From Octopus sinensis (taxonomy: Eukaryota), in the NCBI RefSeq assembly GCF_006345805.1, contig NW_021834477.1, positions 1 to 48,376 on the forward strand: 48,376 nt of DNA, written 5' to 3'. The translations under genes were made by a program, and so were the position numbers. The stretch's first letter is position 1; the number at the start of each line of letters is the position of its first letter. This document shows positions 1-11,114 of this stretch, piece by piece. The notes below the pieces were generated by a model. That model ran no database searches. It worked only from the letters and a program-made list of their open reading frames with translations, and was not told where the DNA came from.

Positions 1-88
1 TACAGGCATGCATAAATACATACATGCATACATACATACATACATACGTACATACATACATACATACATACATACATACATACATACA

Positions 89-118
<30 letters not shown>
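1..118. repeat. (TACA)n microsatellite
   Basis: Direct tandem TACA array. Confidence 0.95.
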
Positions 119-119
<1 letters not shown>

Positions 120-307
120 GATGAATTATATACTTAGAAGTGAAGTGTGTATTTCTGCAACGATTCTATTAAATAATTTCAATACATAGTGAAAATTTAA
201 AATTCTATGATAAAATGTAGAGAATTAGAAGCTGTACATAACAATATAAAAAAGAGGCTCTTAATATTGTATGTGATATAATATTTCATTCACCGTTCCC
301 TCTTCAG

Positions 308-346
308 ATACTCTTTCGCGATATCATTAAGATACACAACCCTCGT
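308..346 (+). CDS. Candidate internal exon, ILFRDIIKIHNPR (phase 0-0)
   Basis: Strong acceptor tttcattcaccgttccctcttcAG, weak donor GTattg. Phase-compatible with 1040-1067. Confidence 0.3.
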
Positions 347-1039
347 GTATTGATATATATTTTGTTTGAAAATTGTGATTTAGAATTGCAAAAAAAAAAA
401 AAAGAAAAGAAAATGATAAAAAGTTGAGAGAGGAAAATATGTAATTCGATTAGGAATTTATTTACTAAATATTTGTGTATGAAAGAAATTTTCATGGAAT
501 TGCAATATAATTTCACCAAGAAAACAAATTATGTTTCTTACATAACAAAATTGTAATGGTAATTACGATAACTTCAAAATACAAACAACAAATTATCTGT
601 CATTACGTTATGAAACCCTAAAACTTACAATAAAAAATATACCCATATATATATATATATCTATATTCATATTTATATTTATATATATAAGTGAAATATA
701 GAGAAAAGTTATATTTTCTAACCTTTGATGTCTCCATTTTTCTTTTTTCTTTTTCTCGTTTTTCTATTTCGGATCGATTTTAAAATTGTCGTCTGCTTCT
801 CGCTTGTGTTTACGCTATGCCATATTACGACACGTCTTTCTATATGAGTTTGACCGACTTCTCCCTCCTACACCCTAACGTGTTGGCTGTCTCGTTGCTA
901 TTTGTAACAAGTCTTTCTGTTTTACACGGTACATTTATTGCATATAAAGGTAGTTATAATGTCATACGTATATAGGTTAGATTGTTCAAAAATCGAATGA
1001 CTAATTTTCCTCCATTTATTCATCTTCCAATAAATATAG

Positions 1040-1067
1040 GAAAATTTCACTGAAGCCAGATTAAAAA
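1040..1067 (+). CDS. Candidate micro-exon, ENFTEARLK+a (phase 0-1)
   Basis: Pyrimidine-rich acceptor ending tatAG, donor GTaatt. Splices in frame to 1214 (a|gg = Arg). Confidence 0.35.
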
Positions 1068-1213
1068 GTAATTGTGCCTCTCTAGAAAGAACAAAATGCC
1101 GACTATATTTCAAATAGTAGCTTCAACCTCAAACGCATTCATATACAGTTATATAGATATGTATTTTTTTTTATATTTTAATAAGGGAATACTTTAGTTT
1201 TCACGTTTTATAG

Positions 1214-1395
1214 GGCTTCCTGAAACAGGTGAGACGGAAGGAAGGAAGTACCTTGAAACTGGAAACCTGGCCCAGTTTCTTGGAACAGAACGGAATCTAC
1301 TAAAGGCACCCAAAAGATATTTCACTGAAAAGCTGTTATTTCATAGACGTCAACTAAGATACGAACGTTATGTCTACCGTTTAGTTCTTGCAGAT
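1214..1395 (+). CDS. Coding exon of unidentified protein: LPETGETEGRKYLETGNLAQFLGTERNLLKAPKRYFTEKLLFHRRQLRYERYVYRLVLAD (phase 1-0)
   Basis: Acceptor ttttcacgttttatAG, 60 open codons of non-repetitive composition, consensus donor GTgagt at 1396. Family not recognised. Confidence 0.7.
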
Positions 1396-1814
1396 GTGAG
1401 TTGTTTAAGGTACGACAAAACAAAGTGAAGAATCAACTGTGGCACGCAAAGAAAAAAACCGTATTTAACATACAAGTAAAAACATTTTTCGTAGCTTTGT
1501 CTATTTAATCTTCATTCATGCGGCTCAATTACTTTTAAACTTAAATAAAGTCAGTACAAATGTTTCCTGTTCCTCTTAATAGTTTAGACTTGTAAATTAT
1601 GAATTGCCTAGATGAAGACTAGGGCAACTGTGACTAGAAATATATTGTAATAAACTAATTCCTCACAACCACAATTGAGCGTATACTAAAATTGATATGT
1701 TATTAAGTTCCTCTTAAATATCAACATGCACAACCCTCAAAATCCATTAACAACAGTAAGAGGATTTATTACATGTCTACAGGCATTCATATACACACAC
1801 ATATACAAATGCAT

Positions 1815-1831
1815 ATAGATAGATATAGATT

Positions 1832-1911
<80 letters not shown>

Positions 1912-1912
1912 T
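1815..1912. repeat. (GATA)n microsatellite
   Basis: Direct tandem array. Confidence 0.95.
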
Positions 1913-2141
1913 ATTTGTACGTATGTATGTGTGTGAGTGTGTGTCTGTGAAGCAGCCTTTATAAGAAGTTATGAGAAGTGATGGTGACAATAAGACCCAA
2001 AGGTGTCAGGTAATGCTGAGTAAGTGCTATGGACAGACCATAGTTATGCTCCAGATTCGGTGATTATGCGAATAAAGAGTCCAACTTAGGTCTTATATCA
2101 GCATGTGTATATATATAAAAAAATTCACAATGAGATAAAAA

Positions 2142-2392
2142 TCCAGGGCCGTGAAAGATTTCAGAACATTTATAAATAGAAGGTCTTACAGCTGTTTCCG
2201 GGATGGTGTGAGAAAATGTTTAAGCAATAGTTAATTTAGATGATTTTAAGTTTTATTTCATATCTCACCTAAATTAACTGTTGCTTAACCATTTTCTCAC
2301 ACCGTCTCCGATGAAGGGAAAAATAAAATATCCCGGAAATAGCTGTATGACCTCCTATTTATAAATGTTTTAAAATCTTTCACAGCCTTGGA
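2142..2392. mobile_element. Foldback, probably derived from a Penelope-like element terminus; contains a hammerhead-like motif
   Basis: Outer arms 2142-2204/2330-2392 and inner arms 2205-2243/2265-2303 are inverted complements. A related sequence lies at about 22720-22800. Confidence 0.6.
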
Positions 2393-2397
2393 CTATA

Positions 2398-2531
2398 CAG
2401 TGTACATTTAAACACATGAGAGGTATCCGTCATAGGATTTCTTCCAAGCTAGAAGGAACAGCTAAAGTTCAAACTACTTTAACTGTTCCTTCTAGCGTGA
2501 AAGGAATCCTATCATTCCTGTATGTACACTG
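2398..2531. mobile_element. Tc1/mariner-type MITE
   Basis: TA-CAGTGTACAT...ATGTACACTG-TA: TIRs with TA target duplication. Internal inverted arms ataggatt..ctagaaggaacagctaaag / ctttaactgttccttctagc..aatcctat. Confidence 0.75.
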
Positions 2532-2635
2532 TATTTATATGAATAATATATAGTCTATCGACTAATTTTTCTACACGCTAGGCCACAGGTAATCAAAATG
2601 TCTAAAATCTTTATTAACCTGATATTATTAATTAT

Positions 2636-2654
2636 ATACATACATACATACATC

Positions 2655-2685
<31 letters not shown>

Positions 2686-2889
2686 GTATATATAGGCATA
2701 CATGCATGCTTACATAATTCGCATATATATAAATATATTTATAAATAGATACACACATACACACATCTCTATATATACATATATATGTATGCATGTATGT
2801 ATTTATGTACGTATGTATGTATGTATGTGAATGTATGTATGTATGTATGTATGTATGTATGAATGAATGGATGGATGGATGGATGGCTG

Positions 2890-2923
<34 letters not shown>

Positions 2924-2968
2924 TGTATGTATGTATGTATGTATGTATGTATATATGTATGTATGTAT
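2636..2968. repeat. (TACA)n then (TATG)n microsatellites in opposite orientation
   Basis: Direct reading. Confidence 0.9.
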
Positions 2969-3247
2969 AAAGAGAGAGGATTGGGAGAGCTTACGGATTA
3001 ATATAACGACATTTGCTATGAAAATTCTCTCGGTTTTAATCCAAACACGAAAAGAAGGCGACCAGCAATTTACATATCGAGATTCTGCACTTCGTTAAAC
3101 AACCCTTAGGCCTGGTTCATACGAAACACATGTTCGTTCATTTTTTGTGTAAAATTCTCAAAAAACATTCTAATACATGCAGGAAAATGTAGTACTTTGA
3201 TAGAAATCAGCAAACAATAAATCATCATTCTGTTTGTTTTCTGCCAG

Positions 3248-3397
3248 AATGCCGTTTATAACCAGAAGCTGGATTAGCGCAGAAGCATTGTACGATTCAT
3301 GGTTTACAGAATAGTATTTATGATTATTCATGTTATCTGGGAGATGGACATAGTCTTCTTCTACAACAGCTTCTTACAACATGTGCTGGAATTAAGT
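3248..3397 (+). CDS. Candidate 150-nt exon (phase 0-0), NAVYNQKLD*RRSIVRFMVYRIVFYDYSCYLGDGHSLLYNSFLQHVLELS, with in-frame TAG at 3275-3277
   Basis: Acceptor tctgtttgttttctgccAG, donor GTaagc at 3398. Phase matches exon 1214-1395. One stop in 50 codons. Confidence 0.4.
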
Positions 3398-3477
3398 GTA
3401 AGCACATAATCACCTGTATGCATAATGATAGTAAATATTTAGAATATTGCCTTAACTAATATGCATAATGAAGTGCT

Positions 3478-4190
3478 TCAAAATCTGTACATTGCAAGGG
3501 AAGTTGAAATGAACTTTCTCATTTGAAATTTTCTCTTCTCTCTGCTTAGGATATCTTTATTGACTTGGCTACACACGGTAAAAGCGTCCTCTAAACATTG
3601 ACGTTCGAGAGTGATATCCCTCTCCTTCGCTTCACACAATAGGCGCCAGATCCAATCCATTACTTCACTACTCAGTCTTCATTCTCTCTTTCTTTTTTTA
3701 TTGCCTCCCTCCTTCTCTCTTTCATGCGATGTATCCCGATATATGAAGTATAGAAAGAGAGTCCCATTCTACAGAAGGGCAACCCTTTGATACTGTAAGC
3801 TATCGTCTTCTCGTATTCACTTGTAACATCTCGCATATAACAGGAATTACCATCAACAACAACATCCCCCACCTTGAGTCCTCTTTCTTTCTTATTCCTT
3901 TACTGCCCACGCGGGGCTACACACAGAGGGGACAAACAAGGATAGACAAACGGATTAAGTCGATTATATCGACCCCAGTGCGTAACTGGTACTTATTTAA
4001 TCGACCCCGAAAGGATGAAAGGTAAAGTCGACCTAGGCGGAATTTGAACTCAGAACGTAGCGGCGGACGAAAAAAGGCTAAACATTTCGCCCGGCGTGCT
4101 AACGTTTCTGCCAGCTCGCCGCCTTTCTTTCTTTGTGAATTCCAGTGCGGTTTCGTAAAATCTGATATCCTGGACATATACTTTCCTCTT
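3478..4190 (-). pseudogene. Decayed coding-like relic interrupted by a SINE (about 98 open codons, then a frameshift into about 67 open codons)
   Basis: Removing SINE 3893-4123 and one AGAAAGAAA TSD restores ...YETALEFTKKERGLKVGDVVVDGNSCYMRDV... A second frame reads MDWIWRLLCEAKERDITLERQ. Family unknown. Confidence 0.35.
3893..4123 (-). mobile_element. tRNA-derived SINE, family A
   Basis: Head ggcggcgagctggcagaaacgttagc with B-box-like gagttcaaattcc, core gtcgac..cctttcatcctttcggggtcgat, 9-bp TSD. Confidence 0.9.
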
Positions 4191-4929
4191 TTGCTCATCC
4201 GCGGGCCTTCACCCTCGAATATTCACAGGAAAAGCATTTGTTGCATTCGGCATCTGTAAATCATTCCATCATCTTTGGCACGCGAATATTCTATAGAACT
4301 CTCTGCTTATGAGCTATATCGATCCTTGGATCATTTGCTTCGTTTCAAATGACAAAATATGGTGTGTATTTATGGACGGGCTCACTTTTACTTACACTCC
4401 ATCAACAAGGTCCAATGCTTCGGTTTTGTTTCACACTCCTCCTTCTAACTCACAATTATTATTATGATGACACATGACATCGAATGCTTTTCCTCGCCCT
4501 CTAACCCTTCGCAATTTAACGCCACTCGCATGCAACCTTCGGTCCTCGCAATAAATCTGTGCTGACTCCGTGTGCAAAGACTTCGTAAACAGCCTTCTGT
4601 CATGTCATGCCAATCATGACTCTTTAAACAACTCAAAGGAACAATCAACACACATCAAAAATCGGTTTTACTCCCATACATGAAAGTGCGGCCAAACACA
4701 CGCACACATGCACACACACACTCACATACGCTGGCACATGCACACACACACACACGCTCTCACACACACACACAAACACACACACACACACAAAAACGCA
4801 TACGCAGACATACTAAGCTGCATCCAAATGAAAGATATTCGGCCAACTGGCGTAAGTCTTTCACAAACATACATTTAGCCTTCGACATGTTTATTCACCT
4901 TTCGTTCTTTATTTCTTCTACGACCACAG

Positions 4930-5001
4930 AGGCCAAGTGTCTAAAATATGGTTATCTTGAATCAGTTGCGAGCAGTTTCAAAGTCAAACAAATAATGGAA
5001 A
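4930..5001 (+). CDS. Candidate exon, AKCLKYGYLESVASSFKVKQIME (phase 1-1)
   Basis: Long polypyrimidine tract ending ccacAG, weak donor GTatta. Confidence 0.25.
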
Positions 5002-5074
5002 GTATTAGTTAGGTGTTGTAGCAAATGTATACGAAGTGGATATTAATTACACTCATTGGATAATAATAATGATG

Positions 5075-5128
<54 letters not shown>

Positions 5129-5160
5129 TAATAATAATAATAATAATAATAATATAATAA

Positions 5161-5715
5161 AGCCCTGATGCAGTACCAGACAGTGGCTCTCATGGCTTCT
5201 GATCTTAACTGATTGGAAGTGTTATCATGTACATTGTTTTGTCTTGGTCTAAAAGATGGGCTACAGTAAATATTCAGCTCAATACCACAGATTTGCTTGT
5301 CAGTTGTTTGACCTTAACCAGTTGAGCATGTCCCTTAGTGGCTGACGATATGTGCATCTCTGATCATGAGCAGAAGTGGTGGGAGAGCATCATAGCCGAG
5401 TGTTGAAAGGAATTCTTTGAGTTTTGGATAATTCACCTTTGGAAACATGGGTGGTTCGTTCAAAATCCTTAAACAATCCTTATTCAGGGACCTTTTGAGT
5501 GGGATGGGCTACCCAACCACAAGGAAATTCTAACTGGGCCCCACCTGCAAGGTCATGTGCTGTTTATCTTGATATGAGTTCACCATGTCGTGCACATATG
5601 GTTGTGATGCATTTGCCTAGTGTACCCTTATCAGATGGATAGTCATGATGGGTATACTGTGCTTCGTATATTTTACTCCAGTGTCACTTTGATGGCATGC
5701 ACTGCTCTCTCACTC
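5161..5715 (+). mobile_element. Non-coding retroposon 3' fragment between two (AAT)n tracts
   Basis: Unique sequence bounded by (AAT)n at about 5060-5160 and 5716-5759, ending ctctcactcAATAAT. LINE 3'UTR identity is inferred. Confidence 0.5.
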
Positions 5716-5724
5716 AATAATAAA

Positions 5725-5759
<35 letters not shown>

Positions 5760-8700
5760 GCACTGTACAAGCATACTTAAACTGAGACAGAAACCACCCT
5801 GAAGTAAGACCCTACATAGACAGTAACAAGCTTGCCAATGTTAGAAGAAACATTATAAAAAAGAAATTACTGACTGAAGTAGAGATTGATCAGGCTAGAC
5901 AAGCAATATCGGATAAAATGAACGAAGCTGCAGCTAGAGAAGATAATACAGAGGAAATGATTATAGACCAGCCCAGGGCGGAAAAAACGAAGAGAGGATT
6001 GAAAGAGTTAGTATAAGTGATAGGCAAAGTGAAATACGCCCTGAACCAATCATAAACACTAAGACAGATGAGCATCAAATAGATAAAAGAAGTCACACAA
6101 ATATTGACCCAACAGAACTACATGAGCTAAAAAATCAAATCATGATTGAATGGCTGAAAATTAAAGAAACCAGCATGGATGAGCGTGATACACTTCCAAA
6201 ATCCGCAACTCTAACCAAAACATGAAATAATTGGTAAAATCCGGCTTGCACTTAAGGATATAATTTCAGTTAATGATGTTGATATCACAACCTCAACCAC
6301 CTATACTATGCATCCGCGAAAATCTCAACGATCCTATGTGGTGTAAAGATTAGAAAACGGCAACAGTCCCACAAAAAGCCTTCTTGGCAAGAGCGTCTGC
6401 AACAACAAATTAAAGTATTTAGATCTGACATTGAATATTTTGAAAACCTTAAGGCTCACAAGACTACCAAACCTACAAAAAACCCAAAATTACTGAAAAA
6501 TACAATATGAAAACTATACTTGATATTGATGCCACCATAGAAACCATCAAACAAAAGGTATCTGCCAAAGCTACCCGCATAGCGAGGTATGAAAAGCGTG
6601 TTAGATTTTTCAAGGACAACAACATGTTCAAAAATAACACAAGAATTTTTACAGGAAGATAGGAAAACAGCGTTTACTGCAGGGTCTGTACCATCAAAAG
6701 AAGAAGTGCAGAGATTTTGGAATAAATCTGGGCAGAAGAAAAACACACACACGAAAAGGCCCCCTGGATTGACAGAATATCTACAGAAACTGGACCCCTT
6801 AGAAGAGCAAAAGTGGGAGGGTGTCAAGGTAGAAGATATAAGATCTGCTCTCAGGAGGTCAAGCAAATGGAAGTCTCCAGGAAAGGATAAAATTCCTAAC
6901 TTCTGGCTGAATGCCTTCCCAGAGAGCCATGAACTGCTAACAGAACTGTACAATGATGTTCTGCAACACCCTAGTAGGATGCCTCCTGGCTAGTTAATGG
7001 TTAACATTCCTGCTTCCAAAAAGTGAAGAAACAAATGAACCAAAAAACTATAGACCCATAACCTGCTTAACAACTATGTACAAAACTCTAACATCTGTCC
7101 TGACGGAATATACCTATAGTTTTTTAACAGACAGCAGATATTCCCTAATGAACAGAAAGGATGTAAACGTGGATCCTACGGCTGTAAAGACCAACTACTC
7201 ATCAATAAGATGATCTTAGAAGATTGTCACAAACGACACAAAAACTTATCAATAGCCTGGATAGACTATAAAAAGGCTTTTGAAGCCTACCACATAGCTG
7301 GATTAGGAAATGCCTTGAAATGTATAAGATAGCACCAACTCTGCGAAACTTCTTGACTGTAAGTATGAGATCATGAGAGAACCACACTAACTCTGAACAG
7401 TGACAGTGAATCCCTAAATGCTGGTGATGTAAAAATTTCGTGTGGCATTTTCCAGGGTGACTCACTGTCACCACTCCTCTTTTGTTTATCCTTAATACCT
7501 CTCTCAAAGCTGCTCAATGACGCGCAGTACGGGTATAAAATGTTTGATAAAAATATAAATCATCTCGTTTACATGGATGATTTAAAGCTTTTTGCAAAAA
7601 ATGATCAACAACTCAAGGGCTTACTAGCGATAGTCAAACAATTCAGTGACGACATCAGAATGCAATTCGGCCCCTCGATAATGTGCAAAGGCTACCTTTA
7701 TCAAAGGAAAATGACAGAAACATCTAACGTTAACCTTGACCAACAGAATGTCATAAAAGAACTAGACCCAGCGGAGAGCTACAAGTACCTAGGGGTAATT
7801 GAAGGGAACGGAATAAGGCATTCAGAGATGAAGGAAAGGATCAGGAGAGAATGCTATCGAAGAGTGAGAGCAATACTCAAGACAGAGCTGAATGCAGAAA
7901 CAGGATCGAAGCAATCAATGCATTAGCTATACCAGTCGTGACTTACAGTTTCAATATTGTTAACTGGTCAATTACTGAAATATGTCAGCTCGACAGAAAA
8001 ATAAGGAAACTGTTGACAATGCATAGAATGCACCACCCTAAGGCAGATACAGAACGACTCTATCTGCCAAGAAAAGAGGGAGGCCGTGGTCTTTTGCAAC
8101 TGGCAATAACAATGAAGATTGCTACAATTGGCCTAGACACCTACCTGAAAAACTCTGAGGACTGGATGTTAAAACTTGTCTCAAAACATGAAAACAAGAA
8201 AGCATCATACTCAGTCACAAAACAGGCAAAGGAATATCTAAGTGAATTCCGAATACAACCAATTTCGGAATTAGAGATAGACATACAAGAAACAAGCACA
8301 GAAAAAGCTAGGCGCATGAAAACCCGTGCCAAAACTGCGGCCTTAGATATTCTGAATAATAAATGGCAAGAAAAACCTCTCTACGGCAAATACCAAAGAG
8401 AGCGAATAATGCAGATATCGACAAAGCCCTGACCCATCAATGGCTAATGGCCTCTGGCTTAAAATCTGAAACAGAGGGGTTTATCATAGCAGCTCAAGAT
8501 CAATGCCTACCAACAAGAAACTACCAGGCCAACATATTAAAGATCAGAAGCAGTCCAACGTGTCGTGTATGCAAGCAACAAAATGAAACCATTGACCATG
8601 TGGTCTCCAAGTGCAGTCTTCTAGCGCTACAGAGTATCTCAACAGGCACGATAGAGCTGCACAATATATTCACTGGGTAATCTGTAAAAAACCTGGATTT

Positions 8701-9345
8701 GCCCCATGAAAAAAACTGGTGGGAACACAAACCACCCCCAGTGCTTGAAAATGACCACATCTCACTCCTCTGGAACTTCACCATTCAAACTGACAGGAAG
8801 ATAGATGCAAATAGGCCAGACATCATATTGAAAGACTTCAAACAAAGAACATGCCTCCTCATTGATATGACTGTCCCAATCGAATAAACGTATCTGTCAG
8901 GACCTACCAAAAACTGAGCAAATATAAGATCTTGAAATAGAAATCAGCAAAATGTGGAAGCTGAAGACTAAAACAATACCTGTTGTCATAGGTGCCCTGG
9001 GATGATAGCAAAAGGGGCTGATAGCTACCTAACTCAGATACCAGGAAACCCAAAAATGGCAGAAGTTCAAAAGATAGTGCTCATGGGAACTGCTCATATC
9101 CTACGCAAATACTCTCTATGTAACCTCAAGGTTAAAACAACCATAATTTTCGGTTTAAAAAAAAAAAAAAAAAAAAAAAACTTTTTTTTTTTTTTAGACA
9201 TTCATTAGTACAACATCCCCACCCCCCAAATATATGGCACACTAGGCATAACAACAACATGAATTCCAACCCTGTTGTCTCTTGAGGTCTCTGGGTGAGA
9301 CTTGGAGCCAACTTGTACAAATATAAAAAGCAAAAGTCAAACATA

Positions 9346-9346
<1 letters not shown>
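5760..9346 (+). mobile_element. 5'-truncated, inactivated R4/Dong-clade non-LTR retrotransposon (RT, CCHC-type zinc knuckle, restriction-like endonuclease)
   Basis: RT motifs [61 protein letters not shown]. Also CRVCKQQNETIDHVVSKC and RPDIILKD..LLIDMTVP. Multiple stops and frameshifts. (AAT)n on both sides (5716-5759, 9347-9397). Confidence 0.92.
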
Positions 9347-9397
<51 letters not shown>

Positions 9398-9552
9398 TAC
9401 GTTTATATATTTGTTTTGCAAGATTTATGATGTGAAATCGTGTGTTGAAACAGATATTGTTGTATTTAGGAATGGTCATGTTGCCAGTTAAGCCAATAAA
9501 AACACACGCACTATGTATTTGGTGTTACTTTGCTTCAGTGTTATTTAATAAT

Positions 9553-9709
9553 CATTTCTGTTAATCGGAATTTTTTCAAACCATTATATGGCAAAGACGA
9601 GATCTTACAATACGTATATTTAATGTAGAGAACACTCACTACCCTGAAGTAGTTATCTTTTAGCCTCGTTGTTAATATTCATAATCAGTATCACCACCTA
9701 ACCTATATA
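9553..9709 (+). repeat. About 157-bp direct repeat, copy 1
   Basis: Near-identical to 10694-10854. Confidence 0.85.
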
Positions 9710-10013
9710 CATTAACCTTAATCTTATTTCGGCCAGAGTTCTTTCATCACACTCCTATGACCTCATCAGTGGTCCTTTGCTTTCTTCTTTCTTATTTGTG
9801 TGTCTCTCCTTACTAACGGTCAGCCATTTTGTATTCCTATTGTATGTGTCTTCATTTGCGCATGCGTGTACCTCTATGTGTGTCTATTCCTAATTAGTGT
9901 GTGTGTGTGTGTGGGAGGGAAGTGCCTGTAATATTTGTATCTCCTGTTTATATACGTTCATGTAATTTGTTTTTTTTTGTTTATTTTTATTTTGTTCATG
10001 TGTTTACACCTAC

Positions 10014-10054
<41 letters not shown>

Positions 10055-10373
10055 TATTATTATTATTATTATTTTATTATTATTATAATTTTTAATGCAT
10101 ATAGTTATTTACTTCCATTTGTTTATTTATCTGTGTATGCTGAAACCTTTTAAGTGAACATCAGGAGCGGAAAATCTTGAACGCATTCAATAAAGTGGTA
10201 AGATCAGTCTTGCGCAAACGTACACATACACGCATCAACACACACATACACACACGCGCGCGCACAGCACGCATACACATACATGAATATATACACACAT
10301 GTTGAAAATTCACACGCACAAACACGAGCACACCTTAGTATGTGTGTGTATATATATACACATATATATACAC

Positions 10374-10439
<66 letters not shown>

Positions 10440-10601
10440 GAGGAAATCTATATGTATATTGTGTATTATGTATATATTTATATATAGGCATACAGGCCAG
10501 AGGGGTTTGCCATATGTGTTATATAGAAAGCTATAAAGAAACAAAACACTTGGATTAGCAGTGATTTATCCATGCAATTATCCGAAAAAAACTCCCTTTA
10601 G

Positions 10602-10661
10602 GGATATTTCAAATTGCACATATTTACCCTTCTATTCTTTTATATCTTAAACATCGCCAGA
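10602..10661 (+). CDS. Candidate 60-nt exon (IFQIAHIYPSILLYLKHRQ, phase 1-1; or GYFKLHIFTLLFFYILNIAR, phase 0-0)
   Basis: Acceptor ctccctttAG, consensus donor GTgagt at 10662. Confidence 0.25.
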
Positions 10662-10693
10662 GTGAGTTTTTACCAACTAATTGCTGAAATAAC

Positions 10694-10854
10694 CATTTCT
10701 GTTAATCGGAATTTTTTCAAACCATTATATGGCAAAGACGAGATCTTACAATACGTATATTTAATATACAGAACACTCACTACCCTGAAGTAATTATCTT
10801 TTAGCTAGCTTCGTTGTTAATATTCATAATCAGTATTACCACCTAACCTATATA
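10694..10854 (+). repeat. About 157-bp direct repeat, copy 2
   Basis: Near-identical to 9553-9709. Confidence 0.85.
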
Positions 10855-11015
10855 TATATATATACATACACGTGTATATACATACTCTTTTATTCTTTTA
10901 TACGTTTCAGCGCTAAGGCTTTGGTCTTGTAGGAGCATACTACACTTATATAGATATATATTTATATATAGCAATAATAATTCTCTAAACGAGATATAGA
11001 CAGTAACTGCTCCAT

Positions 11016-11056
11016 AACATAAGGGACGTTACTGCTGATGGCTAACGTCCCTTATG

Positions 11057-11058
<2 letters not shown>
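11016..11058. other. Perfect 16-bp stem hairpin with 11-nt loop
   Basis: aacataagggacgtta / taacgtcccttatgtt. Confidence 0.9.

Positions 11059-11114
<56 letters not shown>

Noticed and set aside
3850-4190. LKVGDVVV resemblance to the BEL/Pao integrase C-terminal domain, and of MDWIW.. to a pogo/CENP-B HTH
   Set aside because: Only short motif similarity, with no supporting catalytic or flanking residues recognised.
5760-9346. LINE as an active element or host gene
   Set aside because: Several stops and frameshifts split the ORF, and the 5' end is truncated.
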